From: Felis catus
Taxonomy: Eukaryota
Length of the DNA stretch: 64,000 bases
Assembly: GCF_018350175.1 (NCBI RefSeq)
Contig: NC_058372.1
Location: 3,596,001-3,660,000, forward strand
Direction: 5' to 3'
Position numbers and translations under genes: made by a program. Under the pieces are notes generated by a model. That model was not told the origin of the DNA, did no database searches, and was given only the letters and a program-made list of their open reading frames with translations. How positions within the stretch are numbered: the stretch's first letter is position 1; each line of letters starts with the position of its first letter. Positions 48,142 to 62,039 of this stretch are shown here, piece after piece.

Positions 48142-49625
48142 TGAAGGGATCCGGATATGCCCCCCGAAAATATGCTGCTTTATAGAAGCGCTTATACAAA
48201 GCGTAAGGATGAATTTTGTGTTGAAAGCATTTGGGTTCCTGAAATCTCTCTTTGCCTAAAAGCAGATCTGCTGGAAGCCGAGCTATCGAACCAGCCTGAT
48301 GGCAGGGCCCGGGCGGTGGACGGATGGGGACTGCAGGGTGGCCCACAAGTACAAGTGAAGCTTCTCGTGCTCCCGCTTTCGTGTAATTTGGCCTTAGCGT
48401 TGGTCGGGGCAGCCCCCCTACCAATGAAAGTACCTGGGGAATTGTCGGTTGGGGAATTGCCCACACCAGGCCCCCCGGGAAAAGAACCATTGGGGAAAGA
48501 AATTGTCCGCGGGGAAATTGTGCGGCCCCACATCCAGCCCTTGCCACCCCCTATAAAGACTTCTCTACCTAAAGGAAGGATGGGCCCACGTATTTCCCAG
48601 CCAAGGAGGGGGCAAATGGGTTGGAAATCTCCACTCCGGCAACAAAGAAACGTATCTATGGATACAAGTTACTCCAACCCCTAGGCCCGCTTGGTCCCCA
48701 GGAGGCATTCCAGAGGATAACTGGACCTGGTGGGTTAAGGTACAGAACGGTTCATTAGTTCCTAGGCATACATCGTTTCTCTGGGAATGCATTAAGCGTG
48801 GGTTCCCAGGGCCCTCTTGGCTCCCTTCCCGCACCCCAGACCAAAGTGAAAACCTTTGTTCCTTATACTGCAAATGGTTCAAAGAAACAATTAAAAAGTC
48901 CTATCCCTGTAAACGTTCCACTTGAGGTGTCGAGAGCTAGATGACCTTGAAAGGGCAGGAGGGAATGTTACAAGAAAATAACTATGTTGTTCCTTTATGG
49001 GTGATCACACAAAGGCACATTTTTAGAATTAGGTAATGCCTAGAAACATAGATAATGCGGCTACAAGGAATTTGCTAACAAATATAATGCCACCCTTGCT
49101 ACAATAAAGCAGCCAGTCTAATACACTGTTGTTGTCTGTGTCCATTTAGTTTTTTATTTTTAATTTTTTTCGCCGCCGCTGTTCATCCTTCGGGAACCCC
49201 TGGACCTGCTGGGGCTGGACCTTGGCACAGATCCTCTCAAAATAACTCGGTTGTCCAAAATCCGTCCGCTCCTCAGGAACAACTCTAGTGTCTTGTTGGA
49301 AAGGAGAAATTGGTACCACACCCAGACTGACTTTGTCAGAGACTATCACACCTGCCATCTATTCTTTTAGGGTCCATGTATCTTTCAAAAAGTCATTTGC
49401 TTTTCCATAAGAGCCCTTTTTGCCTCCCTGTCCCCTACTAAATTAGGTACATACACCCCCAAACTCTGACTTCCGCTTTGAGTTACCTCCCGCTGAGTGC
49501 TCTTTTGTGCATCTCTGATACACAGGCTCAGCTTCTGTTTTCCTTGTTAGGCTGTGTGTTTCCTTAGCCTTAGGTACAGGGCCCCCGCAATGAACCTACG
49601 AGTGAGCGGTTCAGGAAAAAGATCC
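48142..49625 (+). mobile_element. MER34-like LTR split by a younger LTR
   Basis: TGAAGGGATCCGGATATGCCCCCGAAAATATG start; sequence resumes after the insert; right boundary approximate. Confidence 0.6.
48269..49227 (+). mobile_element. Solo LTR (959 bp), probably ERVK/class II type
   Basis: TGCTGG...CTTGGCA ends, 6-bp TSD CAGATC, TATAAA near 48552, AATAAA near 49103. Confidence 0.8.
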
Positions 49626-50018
49626 TGGAAACCTCCAAAAAGAGCCGAAGGTTCTTTATGGATGAAGAAGTATATGTAAAGGAGACGGCTGATGAAAAGA
49701 AAGTTCCAAGTAGGATGAGTTGTTCCGTATTCTCAGCTAGAGAAGCCCGTGGGGGGTGGGGGAAGGGGTCTGGAGATGGCCTGTGCAGGTGAGCCGGGAC
49801 CAGGTAAAGCACAAGACTTGGATTTTATTCTGCAGATGTTAGGAGAACCAGTGAAGGCTTTTTATTTTTTGTAGTCTTGCCCAGATGGCATCATGAAATG
49901 TGTGGTCACTCAGGTCCCTGCGGCGAGGCAGAGGGATTGTAGCTGGGAAGGACGCAGGCGGACAAGTGTCAGGACCCTGCGGTCATACAAAGGCACTGAG
50001 AATAGGATTGGAAGGCTG

Positions 50019-50528
50019 TGTGGAAGAGGCATAACTTCCCTCTACCCTTTGGAGGTCTTTGGCTGGGCCAGAGGATGAAACTGACATGAAACAGATTAAC
50101 AAGGAGAAAGCATACAAATGTTAATGTTTTTATGCGTTCACTGGGGTCTTTACAGGAAAATGAAGACCCCAAAAAGTGGTTAGGCCTAAGTGCTTACATA
50201 CTTAGGTTGTAACAAAGATTAGGTTGAATAAAGATTAGTGGTCATGAAATAAAAACAAAAGTAGGGGAGGGGGGTTAAGGGGCTTTTTTTAACAAGGTCT
50301 GTTTGTACAGATTTCTCTCAGCCCTGACTCCTTATTTCTGGTGATAAGCGTTCTTCTCTTGCTGATATAGGGGTGACGCCTTTCACACGGGATAATTCTC
50401 TGCTTTCAGAGAGAAATGGGAAGGTCAGAGCCCCATTCTCGCATCTGCTGTTTTCCAAGTGCCTTTAGCTCAAATAATCCTCATGCCAAAGTGCCATATT
50501 TTGGGGTGGCCTACTCTGCTACTTTTCA
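50019..50528 (-). mobile_element. MER34-like solo LTR
   Basis: Minus strand starts TGAAAAGTAGCAGAGTAGGCCACCCCAAAATATGGCACTTTGGCATGAGGATTATTTGAGCTAAAGGC. Confidence 0.7.
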
Positions 50529-50861
50529 GCTGATACTCGGTTCTTTTCTGGGTGCCTGGATGTCTCACCATCGATGGAACAGTCGGGAAGAGATGGCTCA
50601 AGGAGGATCTCTGGACTGACATGAAGAGAACACCCATTTGTTCATTGGAAAGAATCACAAGCAGAGGAATAGGGCCCAGAAAGCTAACCGAAGAGTCACG
50701 GAGAACACAGGATCTGGGTCAGAAAGGAAACTACCACAGAAACTTGGGAGATTGTGGAGGGAGGAGTGATGCAACAGGATTAGCTGTAGCAGGGATGACA
50801 TTTTTTGTGTGACTTTGGATCTGGCAATTAGCAGGTCACTGGTAACCATGGCAAGGGTATT

Positions 50862-51069
50862 TTTTTTTCCTAAGTTTACTTTATTTTTGGGGAGATAGAA
50901 TGCGCGCAAGTGGGGGGGGGGGCAGAGAAAGAGGAAGCGAGAATCCCAAGCAGGCCCTGCGCTGTCAGCGCAGAACCCCAGGTGGGCTCGAACCCGCGCG
51001 AATCATGAGATCATGACTTGAGTTACTCTGACGCTTAACCGCTTAACCGCCTGAGCCACCCAGGCGCTC
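50862..51069 (-). mobile_element. CanSINE
   Basis: TSD GGCAAGGGTATTTTT. Confidence 0.88.
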
Positions 51070-51704
51070 GGCAAGGGTATTTTTAGTGAGTGGTGAAGTC
51101 ACATAATCATGAAGAGTGACTGAGACGTGGACCTACTCAAGATTACTTGGAGATTTCATAAAATGTCAAGGATGTAGTGAATGATAGAGGTATGGGTTAA
51201 GTTGATACTGAATTATATAGATATATAGATATAGATGTAGATATAGATATATAGAGATAGTGATAGACATACAGATAGAGATGGGAAGGAGCCAGTAGAG
51301 GAATATGGAGACTTAATTTGGGCCATCACTGTCAGATTAGGATATGCACCTAGCAAACTTGTCCAATCAAAACTTACTGGTGGTATTTGTGGGCCCTGTT
51401 AACAATGAGGACAAATACGAACTGTCAGAAAACTGGTAGCAGGGCAGGTCCGGCGTGGCCTCAAGGCCAGCTGCCTGCCGGACAGGAAAATGGAGAAGGA
51501 TGCAGTCGCTGGCGAGAAAGCCCGCGCCATAAAGCAGCCAGAACACACGCACTGGATGCAGCATTCTCCCAGCTGAGGCTTCCCTCCCCTGGCTCCGTGC
51601 ACATGACCGCGGCCAGGTCACGTAGCTGCCCGCCCGCAGCCAGAACTAAAGGGAACACAGACAAACCTTCCTCGGTTAACAGCTCTTCGTGTGACCGAGT
51701 GGGT

Positions 51705-51720
51705 GGCCCTGAGAAGGACC
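51705..51720 (-). terminator. Histone 3' stem-loop (second H4), with one U-G wobble
   Basis: GGTCCTTCTCAGGGCC then ACCCA; HDE GAAGAGCTG. Confidence 0.88.
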
Positions 51721-51754
51721 TTTTGGGATTGCGCGGAGGCTGCAGGTGCAAAGN

Positions 51755-52081
<327 letters not shown>

Positions 52082-52109
52082 TCACCGCACGGTGTGGTAC
52101 CTTGCTGCG

Positions 52110-52400
52110 GCTGCAGCCCTTTATATACCACGGTCGCGGACCTTTTAGGAAACCGGAACGGCGCGGGCGGGAACGAGTCTCTGCCCCGCCTCTTCCCACT
52201 TCCGCCTCGCGGGCCGCGGCTGAGGGGGCGGGGCGCGGAGCGCGGGGGCGGGGCGCCGGGAGGCGGGTGGGCTGGTCTGGCGTCCGTGTCCTCGCGCGGG
52301 TCAGAGCTGTCGCTTTCTGTGGCTTGTCCTGTGCCTGCCGGAGGGGGTCTCAGACAGTCGGCATTGGAGAAGTCTCGTAACCTCGTACCATTTATAGAAA
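52110..52400 (-). promoter_or_regulatory. H4 promoter / CpG island
   Basis: TATATAAA 52120-52127, GGTCCG 52137-52142 (site II-like), multiple GC boxes. Confidence 0.85.
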
Positions 52401-53399
52401 GGAGGCGGTGACCCTACAGGTGCCTATGAAAGCGAGGCATTGTTATTTGTAATTGTAATTTGTAATTGTAATTTGTAGTTGTAAATTACAACTTGTCAAC
52501 AATTAAAATTAGCTTTTAGATGTGACGTTTCTTTTAAAAGTAAAAGAATGACTTCTTACAATTTTAGCAGCATTTATTTAAATTTGGTGGCTCATGGAAC
52601 AATCATTCCCCTCTGGCAGAACATATACGTTTACGTGATTTTCAGCATTCTTGATAAGGAACTCTAGGAAGGGGAGCAAATGTGAATTGAATTTCTATTC
52701 TGATTCCAGATTTATAAAGCACTATTTGCATTGTAAAGATGAAGAATCCCAGGCTTGGAGAGCTAACCCTGTTCTCATAAGCGGTATTTTACGGGGTAGA
52801 ACTGAGGTCTTCTAATTCTGGTCTTAGGATCTTGCCACCTACCACAGATCTATGTCAGTAAAACATTGCAGATACATCATGCTGAGTAAAAGTTTGCAAA
52901 GTTACAGGACTAATAAAAATACCGCTAAGAAACTCTGGAACTCGTCCAGTGAGGTAAGGTTAGTGAATTAAGGCGTCACACAGATGACGCATTGATATGC
53001 TTAATAGACAAACTCCAACAGTTACGCATCTTCCATATATTCACATTAAGAGCCTGACTTCTACGTGCTATAAAAGGTAATTAAAAATTCCTTCTCTGCT
53101 GGTACTTACGATATAGGCAGTCAGAAGATTATTCATTTCCCTTAGACACTATTTGAGATATAGCTCAGTTACAGCTACCTGCAGACTTAACACACAGTGA
53201 CGTCCCAGGCACCAAAGAAGAATCACTAATTTCTTCGTTCAAGAACTTACATGCCAAGATCGGTGTATAAATACCAGGTCTGCAAAGACCATCCTACACG
53301 TTCTTTCAAAGAACTGAAAGCTTAGGAGAGGGAAGAGAAAAGTAAACGGTGAGGAGTCAGACATCAGCTCAGAATACTAGTTTCTGCCTGGCAGCAATG

Positions 53400-53755
53400 G
53401 GTGGACCAGCTGTATCTCAGCAACATGAACATCACCTGGGAGCTTAAGACACACAGACTCTCCGGCCCCACGCCAAGTCTCCTGAATTGATAGGGCATTT
53501 TTAAAAGGATCTTCAAGTGGATGGTATGCTTATTCAGGTTTGAGAAGAGTGGTTTTAAAGCGGGGCTTCCCAATGTTGGCCATTAGCCACATGTGCTTGT
53601 TTAAATTTCCATTAATTAAAATTCAATCAAATTCAAGATCTCTTTGGTCACTCCAGTCACATTTAACTGCTCAATAGCGTATGTAGGTAGTGGCTGTCTG
53701 TGTGACAGTACAGATACAGAACGTTTTCATCATTGCATGTAAGTTCTCTTGGGTT
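53400..53755. mobile_element. MER5A-like plus MER3-like hAT DNA transposon relics
   Basis: CATCACCTGGGAGCTT...CCCCAC (MER5) and TAGCCACATGTG...AATTAAAATT (MER3) motifs. Confidence 0.6.
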
Positions 53756-54812
53756 GTGCTGTGACAGTGAACTTCTTCTGAGGAACTTCTAGTCCAGACT
53801 GGGAAGGGTATTTGAAAATGAGGCTTACTGCAGGAAGTGGGGGTTGGAATATTTTCAAAGTGTGATAGAGCGTAGGCACCTTCTGGGTATACCAGATCTA
53901 GGTAGAGAAGAACATATAAAAAGGAAATTGTCATACAACTTTGACATTGTAGTGCGCTTCTGAGGAAATGCAATGAGATATGGTTCACCTTGGAGAGGAG
54001 TTTCAAGTGGGAGAGTGTCCTCAGATGAGATCATCGTGATAGGAAATTAAAATAGATGTGATTTCTTGTGGTCCTTCTGAACACATCTGGTTCTAACACA
54101 ATGCTCTATCTGCTATATAGCCTTTATTTTTAATTCACTCGTTTGGTATTTATACAACATAGTCCCTTTTCTCCTTGAACTTCGAAATTCACTGAATTTT
54201 GGAACATTTAAGCATAGCTGCTGTGGGCTGACCTGCTGGGCACTATCTAGACCTCTCACAGTGGTTTACTATGAGGAGAGGGAGGTTAACACCAAAATGG
54301 GGAGAACATGAATTCATAAGTGAGCTACCCATCACCCATCTAACTGGAGTTCCTCTCAGTTATTTTTACATGTATAAAATAAACGGTTCAGGTCTCGGTC
54401 TAACGGAAAAATCAATTGTTTTAACATATATGCAGATTTGGGCTTCAAAAGTAATAAACGCAAATTTTTTTTGTGTGGGCTACGAAAATAAAAGGGGGGA
54501 CGTTTCAAGTGTATAATACCTGGGGGTGAGCCAGCTTTCTAGATCCTCGTCCATGCTACAGGTACAGAGAGGATAAGTACCTGGGTCTCAGACAGTAGAA
54601 GTCACTAGAACAGCCAAACCCCATCCTTGTCTAAACATTTGGGGAAGAACTTTTCAGGTGAAATCAAGTCTCAACTATTGCTTCTCTAGGAAGGGCAGAT
54701 GCTACCTACAATTAAGGAAATAGCCCTGATGTCCTCTCCCTTATGTGCGAACAAGTAAGAGTTGTACAAGAATGCAGTGGTGACATCTGCTGTAGGAACT
54801 TTTCACCTATTT

Positions 54813-55020
54813 TCTTTTTAAGGTGTATTCATTTTTCAGAGACAGAGAGAGAGCATGAGTGGTGGAGGGGCAGAAAGAGAGAGGGAGACACAGAATCCAA
54901 AGTAGGCTCCAGGCTCTGAGCTGTCAGCACAGAGCTTGAAGTGGGGCTCAAACTCACAAACTGTGAGATCATGACCTGAGCCGAAGCTGGATGCTCAACT
55001 GACTGAGCCACCCAGGCCCC
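54813..55020 (-). mobile_element. CanSINE inside an LTR-like relic
   Basis: TSD ACTTTTCACCTAT. Confidence 0.9.
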
Positions 55021-56789
55021 CACTTTTCACCTATGTGAAATTGAGTCTTTGCAACCTAGGGGACAATTCCACTGATTATTCAACAATTGATGTTTTGACT
55101 ACCATGATGACCCAAATGGTAAACTTTTAAAAATCTCAATTTAAATTCTATCTTTAGGTCTAGATAATATTAGCTAGTAGGCTCCAGTCTGAAAAGGGCC
55201 TGTAAAATGTTTGGGGCCATTGCTATTGCCAATGACGCTATAGAGGACGACAAACAGTCCCTTTTAGACACTCCTAAAATGCCTGCCGAGGGAGAACTAA
55301 ATGCTGCATAGTCCATCCTGTAAGTTTACCTCTTTATACACAGTATTTGTATTTGGTATATAACACGGGCTCAAGTTCCACAGACTTGTATTCAGTCAGT
55401 GCCAGCCAATACCTGACTCATTAAAAATAAGCCAAGTGACTTTTATGAAATTAGTTAAGTGTGGAGAGATGACATCTTTAAAGCTGATTATCCTATTTTG
55501 GACTTATGTGAGAAAATTCTTAAATCATCATTGGATGGAAGCTGGAATAACTACATTTTTGGAAAGAAGGATATTTGTTAGAAGAAACATAACACCAAAA
55601 TATTTATTTTCACAAGCATGTAGTTTAATTTCATTATCTGATTATTTGGTTGATAATATTAAATTTGTGTTTCATTATCCAATATTTACCCAATTTCATT
55701 AGCTCTGTTGTGTTGCAAACGACAAGAGATGGAATAATAAAGTGGGTCATACCTGCCGTGAAATGTTTGTTCAACTCCTTTGGTGGGCATAGGTAGCCAA
55801 GTAAGTTAGGTTGTCACAGCATAGTTCATAGTCTGTTAGTCAAAAGCCCAGGGAGAATTATGAAAGTCCAGAAAGTGATTTCAATGACATTTTTTTCTTT
55901 CTAATCTTGTGTCCCTACTTGCAATGTTGAAAAAGAGTCAAATAACATTTGCACTTTAAATTTCATTTTGAAATACAGGAAACCTGTACAAAATTCTATG
56001 TTAAATATTGGAGTTCAAAAATCTTAGGCTGTCTGTCATTAAGTAATTTAGTTTCAAGGAGACGGATGGGATATAAACACGTAACTTTCTATTCTTCAAC
56101 TCATATGATGTAGACCCGCCATTCTATTGTTTCATGATTCTCTTTTCCTCTTTGCAGTTGATCTATAATGCCGATCCTAGGTCTGAAAAACCTATTATAC
56201 AGTATTTTAGGAAAGCTGCTATTAAGAACTGTTTATCTGGAAAACCCACGGAGCCACCTCGCCCCCCATCCTTCCTGAAATGTTTAAATCCCCCCAATAC
56301 GGGGATCAAATCCAGTTTACACACTGGTCATTCAAAGACTTAAAAAAGATTCTATTAAAAAAAAATAGTTATCCATCGTGTACGTAGAATTTTCTATCCC
56401 TTTGCCAATTCCCAGGGCTTAGTGCAAACAACTGCGGGAGAGTTGTGCTACTGCTCCCGAGAAAAAAGCGTTTTTCCTTGTATATTCGAATAAAAATGAG
56501 CTTACTTATATAAATTTGCAAAGAAGAGAATGTGCAGATCCATGCCCTGGAAGACAGACGTGCAATGGGAACAGAGAGAAATAGTATTTTTAAGGAAAAT
56601 CTGAAAGTTGTCTCAATTTGGCCGAAGTTTTAAAGAGAGTTGGGGGAATCGGGAAAGTTTCAGGGTACTGGTTTTGAAACTAGGGATAGCAAATAAGGCA
56701 GGGATGAAGCCTGAACACTCTCGGATCCGTTTCCCCCAAATCTCTAATTATTTCATGCCCAGATTTCTTACGTTTTTCTTCTTTTTTAA

Positions 56790-56969
56790 GGGGAAAGAAA
56801 CACAGCCACACTGCAGAGCGGAGGAGCCCTTCTGAGCGGCGCGGCGCACGGCGCAGGCAACCAATCATCACTCAGCCACTCGCTATATAAACCCCCCGCC
56901 GCCGGCCTCCGAGACGCGCCGCCCTGACAGTTTGAGTTTACTTTTTGTCTTAGTTGGCAACGCGGAAGG
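56790..56969 (+). promoter_or_regulatory. H1 promoter
   Basis: H1 (AC) box AAACACA 56798-56804, CCAAT 56861, TATATAAA 56884-56891. Confidence 0.9.
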
Positions 56970-57638
56970 ATGTCGGAGACCGCGCCAGTCGCTCCTGTGG
57001 CGCCCGCACCCGCAGAGAAGGCACCTGTGAAGAAGAAGGCGAAGAAGAGCGGCGCTGCCGCCGGGAAGCGCAAGGCGTCCGGGCCGCCGGTGTCCGAGCT
57101 CATCACCAAGGCCGTGGCCGCCTCCAAGGAGCGCAGCGGCGTGTCCCTGGCCGCGCTCAAGAAGGCGCTGGCGGCCGCCGGCTACGACGTGGAGAAGAAC
57201 AACAGCCGCATCAAGCTGGGCCTCAAGAGCCTGGTGAGCAAGGGCACCCTGGTGCAGACCAAGGGCACCGGCGCCTCGGGCTCGTTCAAGCTCAACAAGA
57301 AGGCGGCGTCCGGGGAGGCCAAGCCCAAAGCCAAGAAGGCGGGCGCGGCCAAGCCCAAGAAGGCTGCCGGGGCGGCCAAGAAAGCCAAGAAGGCGACGGG
57401 GGCCGGCACCCCCAAGAAGAGCGCCAAGAAGACCCCGAAGAAGGCGAAGAAGCCCGCGGCGGCGGCGGCTGCGGGCAAAAAAGTGGCCAAGAGCCCGAAG
57501 AAGGTGAAAGCGGCCAAACCGAAGAAGGCGGCCAAGAGCCCCGCCAAGGCCAAGGCCCCGAAGCCCAAGGCGGCCAAGCCCAAAGCTGCCAAGCCTAAGG
57601 CGACAAAGGCAAAGAAAGCTGCGCCTAAGAAGAAGTGA
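56970..57638 (+). CDS. H1-3: Linker histone H1.3
   Basis: Complete 222-aa ORF with canonical globular domain; N-terminal KKKAKK-G(A)AAGKRK and C-terminal [10 protein letters not shown] match H1.3. Confidence 0.92.
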   Translation: MSETAPVAPVAPAPAEKAPVKKKAKKSGAAAGKRKASGPPVSELITKAVAASKERSGVSLAALKKALAAAGYDVEKNNSRIKLGLKSLVSKGTLVQTKGTGASGSFKLNKKAASGEAKPKAKKAGAAKPKKAAGAAKKAKKATGAGTPKKSAKKTPKKAKKPAAAAAAGKKVAKSPKKVKAAKPKKAAKSPAKAKAPKPKAAKPKAAKPKATKAKKAAPKKK

Positions 57639-57675
57639 AGGTTGTAGCGGTATGTCCTGCCTCCGAGTTCTCAAA

Positions 57676-57691
57676 GGCTCTTTTCAGAGCC
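57676..57691 (+). terminator. Histone 3' stem-loop (H1)
   Basis: GGCTCTTTTCAGAGCC ACCCA; HDE GAAGAGCT. Confidence 0.96.
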
Positions 57692-57943
57692 ACCCAACTA
57701 TTTCAAGTGGAAGAGCTTAACTGGTATCTTTAAGGTACTTTTTTCTGTTTCGTCTCAACACTCCTCCGTCGTCAGCCTTTTTAGTTTCCTTCCTCCTCTC
57801 TTGTTCAAATACTCCCGCCGGAGCAGGTGATTGGTCCGCGGCTTTCGAATTCAGTGGCTCTGGAGGGACCTGCCGCCTCTCCCTGCAATTCTAATCTGTA
57901 AGCTCTTGTCACTAGGGCTACAGTTCTCGAGGAGAAGTTTGGT

Positions 57944-57959
57944 GTCTCTGAGAAGAACC
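57944..57959 (-). terminator. Degenerate stem-loop of the H2A pseudogene
   Basis: GGTTCTTCTCAGAGAC: G2-C15 pair broken, one U-G wobble; HDE decayed to GAGAACTGT. Confidence 0.7.
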
Positions 57960-57998
57960 TTTGACTGTTTGGGGCAGGGACCGTGAGTGAGTAACTCC

Positions 57999-58444
<446 letters not shown>

Positions 58445-59689
58445 CTAATGTTTCTTTCCCATTGGTTTGCAGATGTTGTTCTGAGTTAGCCAATCAGAAG
58501 GTACTCTTGACTTGCTGTGCCCCCAGTGGTAGAAAAATACTGCGCCAGTTAGAGGTTGACATTAAAGCTTGTATATGTTGTGGAGCAGTAGAAAATCTTG
58601 CTTTTTTGTTTTTTTTTGTTTTTTTTTTTTTTTGTTTTTTCCCCCTTGGTTAGTTTGAGGCCTCCTTTGGGGCACTATTCACGCTATTCTCCTCTAAAGC
58701 TGAATAATTATTTAGCACCCCGAGGCTAAGGAACATTCAAAAGGGTAAAAGTCTTCTCTGGTGGTTTGTTATTCATCCTCTCTGCCAGATTTCCTTCCCC
58801 TGGATTGCTGAGAGGTCCCAGGGAGGCATGGTTGGCTTGAATATTTATGCCGAATAATGAAAGAATAGAAAGGGTGAAACGCAATAAAAGAAAAATCTCT
58901 GGGAGTCTGCGTGGTTTGTTAGAAAGTTCCCGGAGTTGGAGTTGCGGTGACCAGAGCAAAATATTTGGATTCTACATGGGTTGATCTTCCACCAGGGCCG
59001 AGGTGGGTTTGTTTGTTTATTTATTTACTTATTTAATTTCAAGGAAGTCCACTTAATTTTACTGGGAAATCTTGGCAAAAATCTGATCATTATGGGGCTG
59101 TAATGGTGGGTGGGGAAACATCTTTATTTTCTCAAAGAGTACATGCAATTTGTCATTTCCCTCAATTATGTGTGTAGGCAACTAATCACAATGCATTTTG
59201 CTAGTGCCTGTGGCTTTTCCAGTAATGACAACCACAGATGTTTTCTTATCAGTTTCAAGTACTGAAGGTGTTTTGAAATGAAGTTTGCACTCTGAGCTCT
59301 TGGCACTGACATTCATCATTACACCTGGTGCCCCTTGTTATTTGATGTGTCCCTGATGAAACACATTGCATACACATCCTTAAAAGAAATACACTTTGAT
59401 AACTGCATTTTAATGCCGCTTTCTTATCCAGTATGCTTTAAGTATGGAGAAGGTGTCTAGATTTCCTCAGACCGTCCGTAGAGTCCATAGCAGGAAAGAA
59501 CTCCGATACTGCTGATCACATCTCCAGTGGGCACAGATTACTCAAGGTTCAAGTCCCTTTTGACTTTGTTTCTTGATTTGCAGCCTTCCTCCCCTGCGCT
59601 TACGGCTTCATAGCTTATTAACATTTATTATTTTCAAACTTTGTTAAAACAGGCCTGGGGGATGTATCCGAGAGTATCTTTCTAGCTGT

Positions 59690-60457
59690 TCTTTTTTTTT
59701 TTTTTTTAAATGTTTATTTACTTTTTGAAAGAGAAACAGCGTGAGTGGGGGAGGGGCAGAGAGAGAGGGAGACACAGAATCTGTAGCAGGCTCCAGACAA
59801 TGAGCTGTTAGCACAGAGCCCAGCGCAGGGCTGGAACTCAATGACTGTGAGATCATGACCTGAGTCGAAGTTGGATGCTCAACCGACTGAGCCACCCAGG
59901 CGGCCCTCTTCCTAGCTGTTCTGAGCAGGGGTTCAACTTTTCCGAATCACAGCTGCAGCTCATAATTTCTTCTTTCCAGAAAGAGCCCCCCAAACTCTTT
60001 ATGACAGTGACTTGTTTGAGGATGAGATCTGGATAAATGGGGGAATGTGACATATTGACTCAAAAGAATCTTTTTGAAGACAAGAGGTTGTATGGATCGG
60101 AAAAGAGAAGTGGCAAGAGACCCGTGCGCTTTCTCGAACGCAGGATGAGAGAGCTCACTTCTGATGCAGAGCCAGGTGGGATCAGAGAATGAGGCCAGCA
60201 CGGGGCATTCAGTGAGTGGTCAAAATGACTACGAGTGTCTCTGCAGTTCCTTACAGTTTACAGGGCGCTCTGTCACCACCTCCCTTTGAGGCTTTGGCAT
60301 TAGGTATAGTTAAAATGCTGGTTTCACAGTTAAAAAAAAATTGTGGCTTGAGGGTGCCTGGGTGGCTCAGTTGGTTAAGCGTTCAGCTGTTGTTTCAGCT
60401 CAGGTTAGGTCGAGTCCTGGGCTGGGCTCCGTGCTGACAGTGCGGAGTCTGCTTGCG

Positions 60458-60492
<35 letters not shown>

Positions 60493-60550
60493 CTCGCTCT
60501 CGCTCTCGATCTCTCTGAAGAATAAATTAAAAAAAGAAAGAAAAGAAAAA
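59690..60550. mobile_element. Two CanSINEs (59690-59905 minus; 60352-60550 plus)
   Basis: TSDs TCTT(T/C)CTAGCTGTTCT and AAAATTGTGGCTTG. Confidence 0.88.
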
Positions 60551-62039
60551 GAAAATTGTGGCTTGGAAGGATGATCTGCCCAGAATTGGCTTGTCACTGA
60601 ACGGTGGACCTGGGTCTCAAGTACAAGTTTCTTTGTTTCTACTTCGTCGTGTGCCCCATGTATTGTATCAGCTACAAAGGGAGTGGAGTTCTTGGTTTCA
60701 TTTTCAGCCTCGTCCAGAAGGTAGTAGAGTTATTGTAATTCTGTTTCAGGCCCGTTGTGACTTAACTACTTCACAAGCCCTTTGGAATGCCTCAGACACA
60801 GCTAAGTATGATTTAATCAAGGTCCTAGTTTTTCTATGGTTTCTGTATATTCGTATTCGGATTCCTTTCCCTGGGACAGGACAGGGTTTTCACAGGCATC
60901 AGAACTTATTTAAATCTTTTCCCATCTTCCCCAATTTTTGTTACAGCTAACGTCCTGGGTAAGGAAGACCACCGCTGTCTTAGTGTTCTGCACCCAGAGA
61001 ACGAGGGAACAGGAAGCTCATTCCCAGTCACCGTGTTTCACCACTGACCACGTCCCTGGGACGGTCTCCCTTGAGGGTCTCTTGAAATGCTCATGCTTGG
61101 GTTTCTGATGCTCTCTTGGTGAACCAAGATGGTCTGTCCGTTATTGTTGCAAAAGTCCAGGTTTAGAAAAACCTGAGAGATTGACACTTACGGATGGCAA
61201 ACATCAGACAGGAGCCCCTGTGAGTAGTTCTCTCAGAAGCACACAACCAGTCAATCAATCAATCAATCAATCAATCAATATAAATACAATTTTCAGGACC
61301 AGTCTGAAGTAACCACTTTCTCCTTCTGCTTAGTAATTGCCTGACTTCTTATAACGGGAGGCAGCACACTGAATTCCTGTCACTGTATTGAGGCCCCAAT
61401 TGTTCCTGTCACTCAGTCACTAAATCAGGTTGATGTTTATTTAGAGTCTCGGTAAGTGATCTTTCCGCCTTTCTCACATGCTCTCTGTATCTTCTCCGGC
61501 TTGGGATGATTCTACTGTTTCCCACCCAGGCTCCTAATTCTCCAGCCCTGAACTCTGCAAGTCTGGTCATTCTGTGATCTGTCTTATGCATAGGGTGACT
61601 GGCTTCCCATTGCCTTAGGTTCAGGTGGGAACTTTGCAGTCTAATTTTTTTTCATAATAATACTTTCTGCTTGCATTAACTAGCACTAATAACAACTCAA
61701 ATGTTCTTTTCAGTGCCTTCTCATTTGTTCTTTTCTTTTTCTTTTTTTAAAACAACTTTCTTCACCTGCCATTCTCTCCTCTCTGCCTGGGAGAGTTTTC
61801 CCAATTCCATTTCAAGTTCCATCTCCTTGAATAAATTCCCCTAATTAACACGTCTAGCCTCTGATAACGTGCTTTGATGACATTTAACAATTGGGTGCCA
61901 TTATTATCCATGGCAAATTTATAATGCTTCTATTCTTTTCTCTCATTAAACTACACCTCAGGGCCTCAGTCATGGTTTTCCACTAGTCTAAGGTTTGTGT
62001 TTTTAATTGACTAAAGGTTTTTTGTTGTTTTTTTTTTCC

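Noticed and set aside
52446-52493. (TTGTAA)n array ending in a 17-bp AT-rich inverted repeat
   Set aside because: Symmetry follows from the low-complexity unit; no evidence of function.
56883-57674. 263-aa antisense and 214-aa alternate-frame ORFs over H1, and similar shadow ORFs over H2A/H4
   Set aside because: Expected by-products of extreme GC3 codon bias, which removes off-frame stops; low-complexity products with no independent promoter or processing signals.
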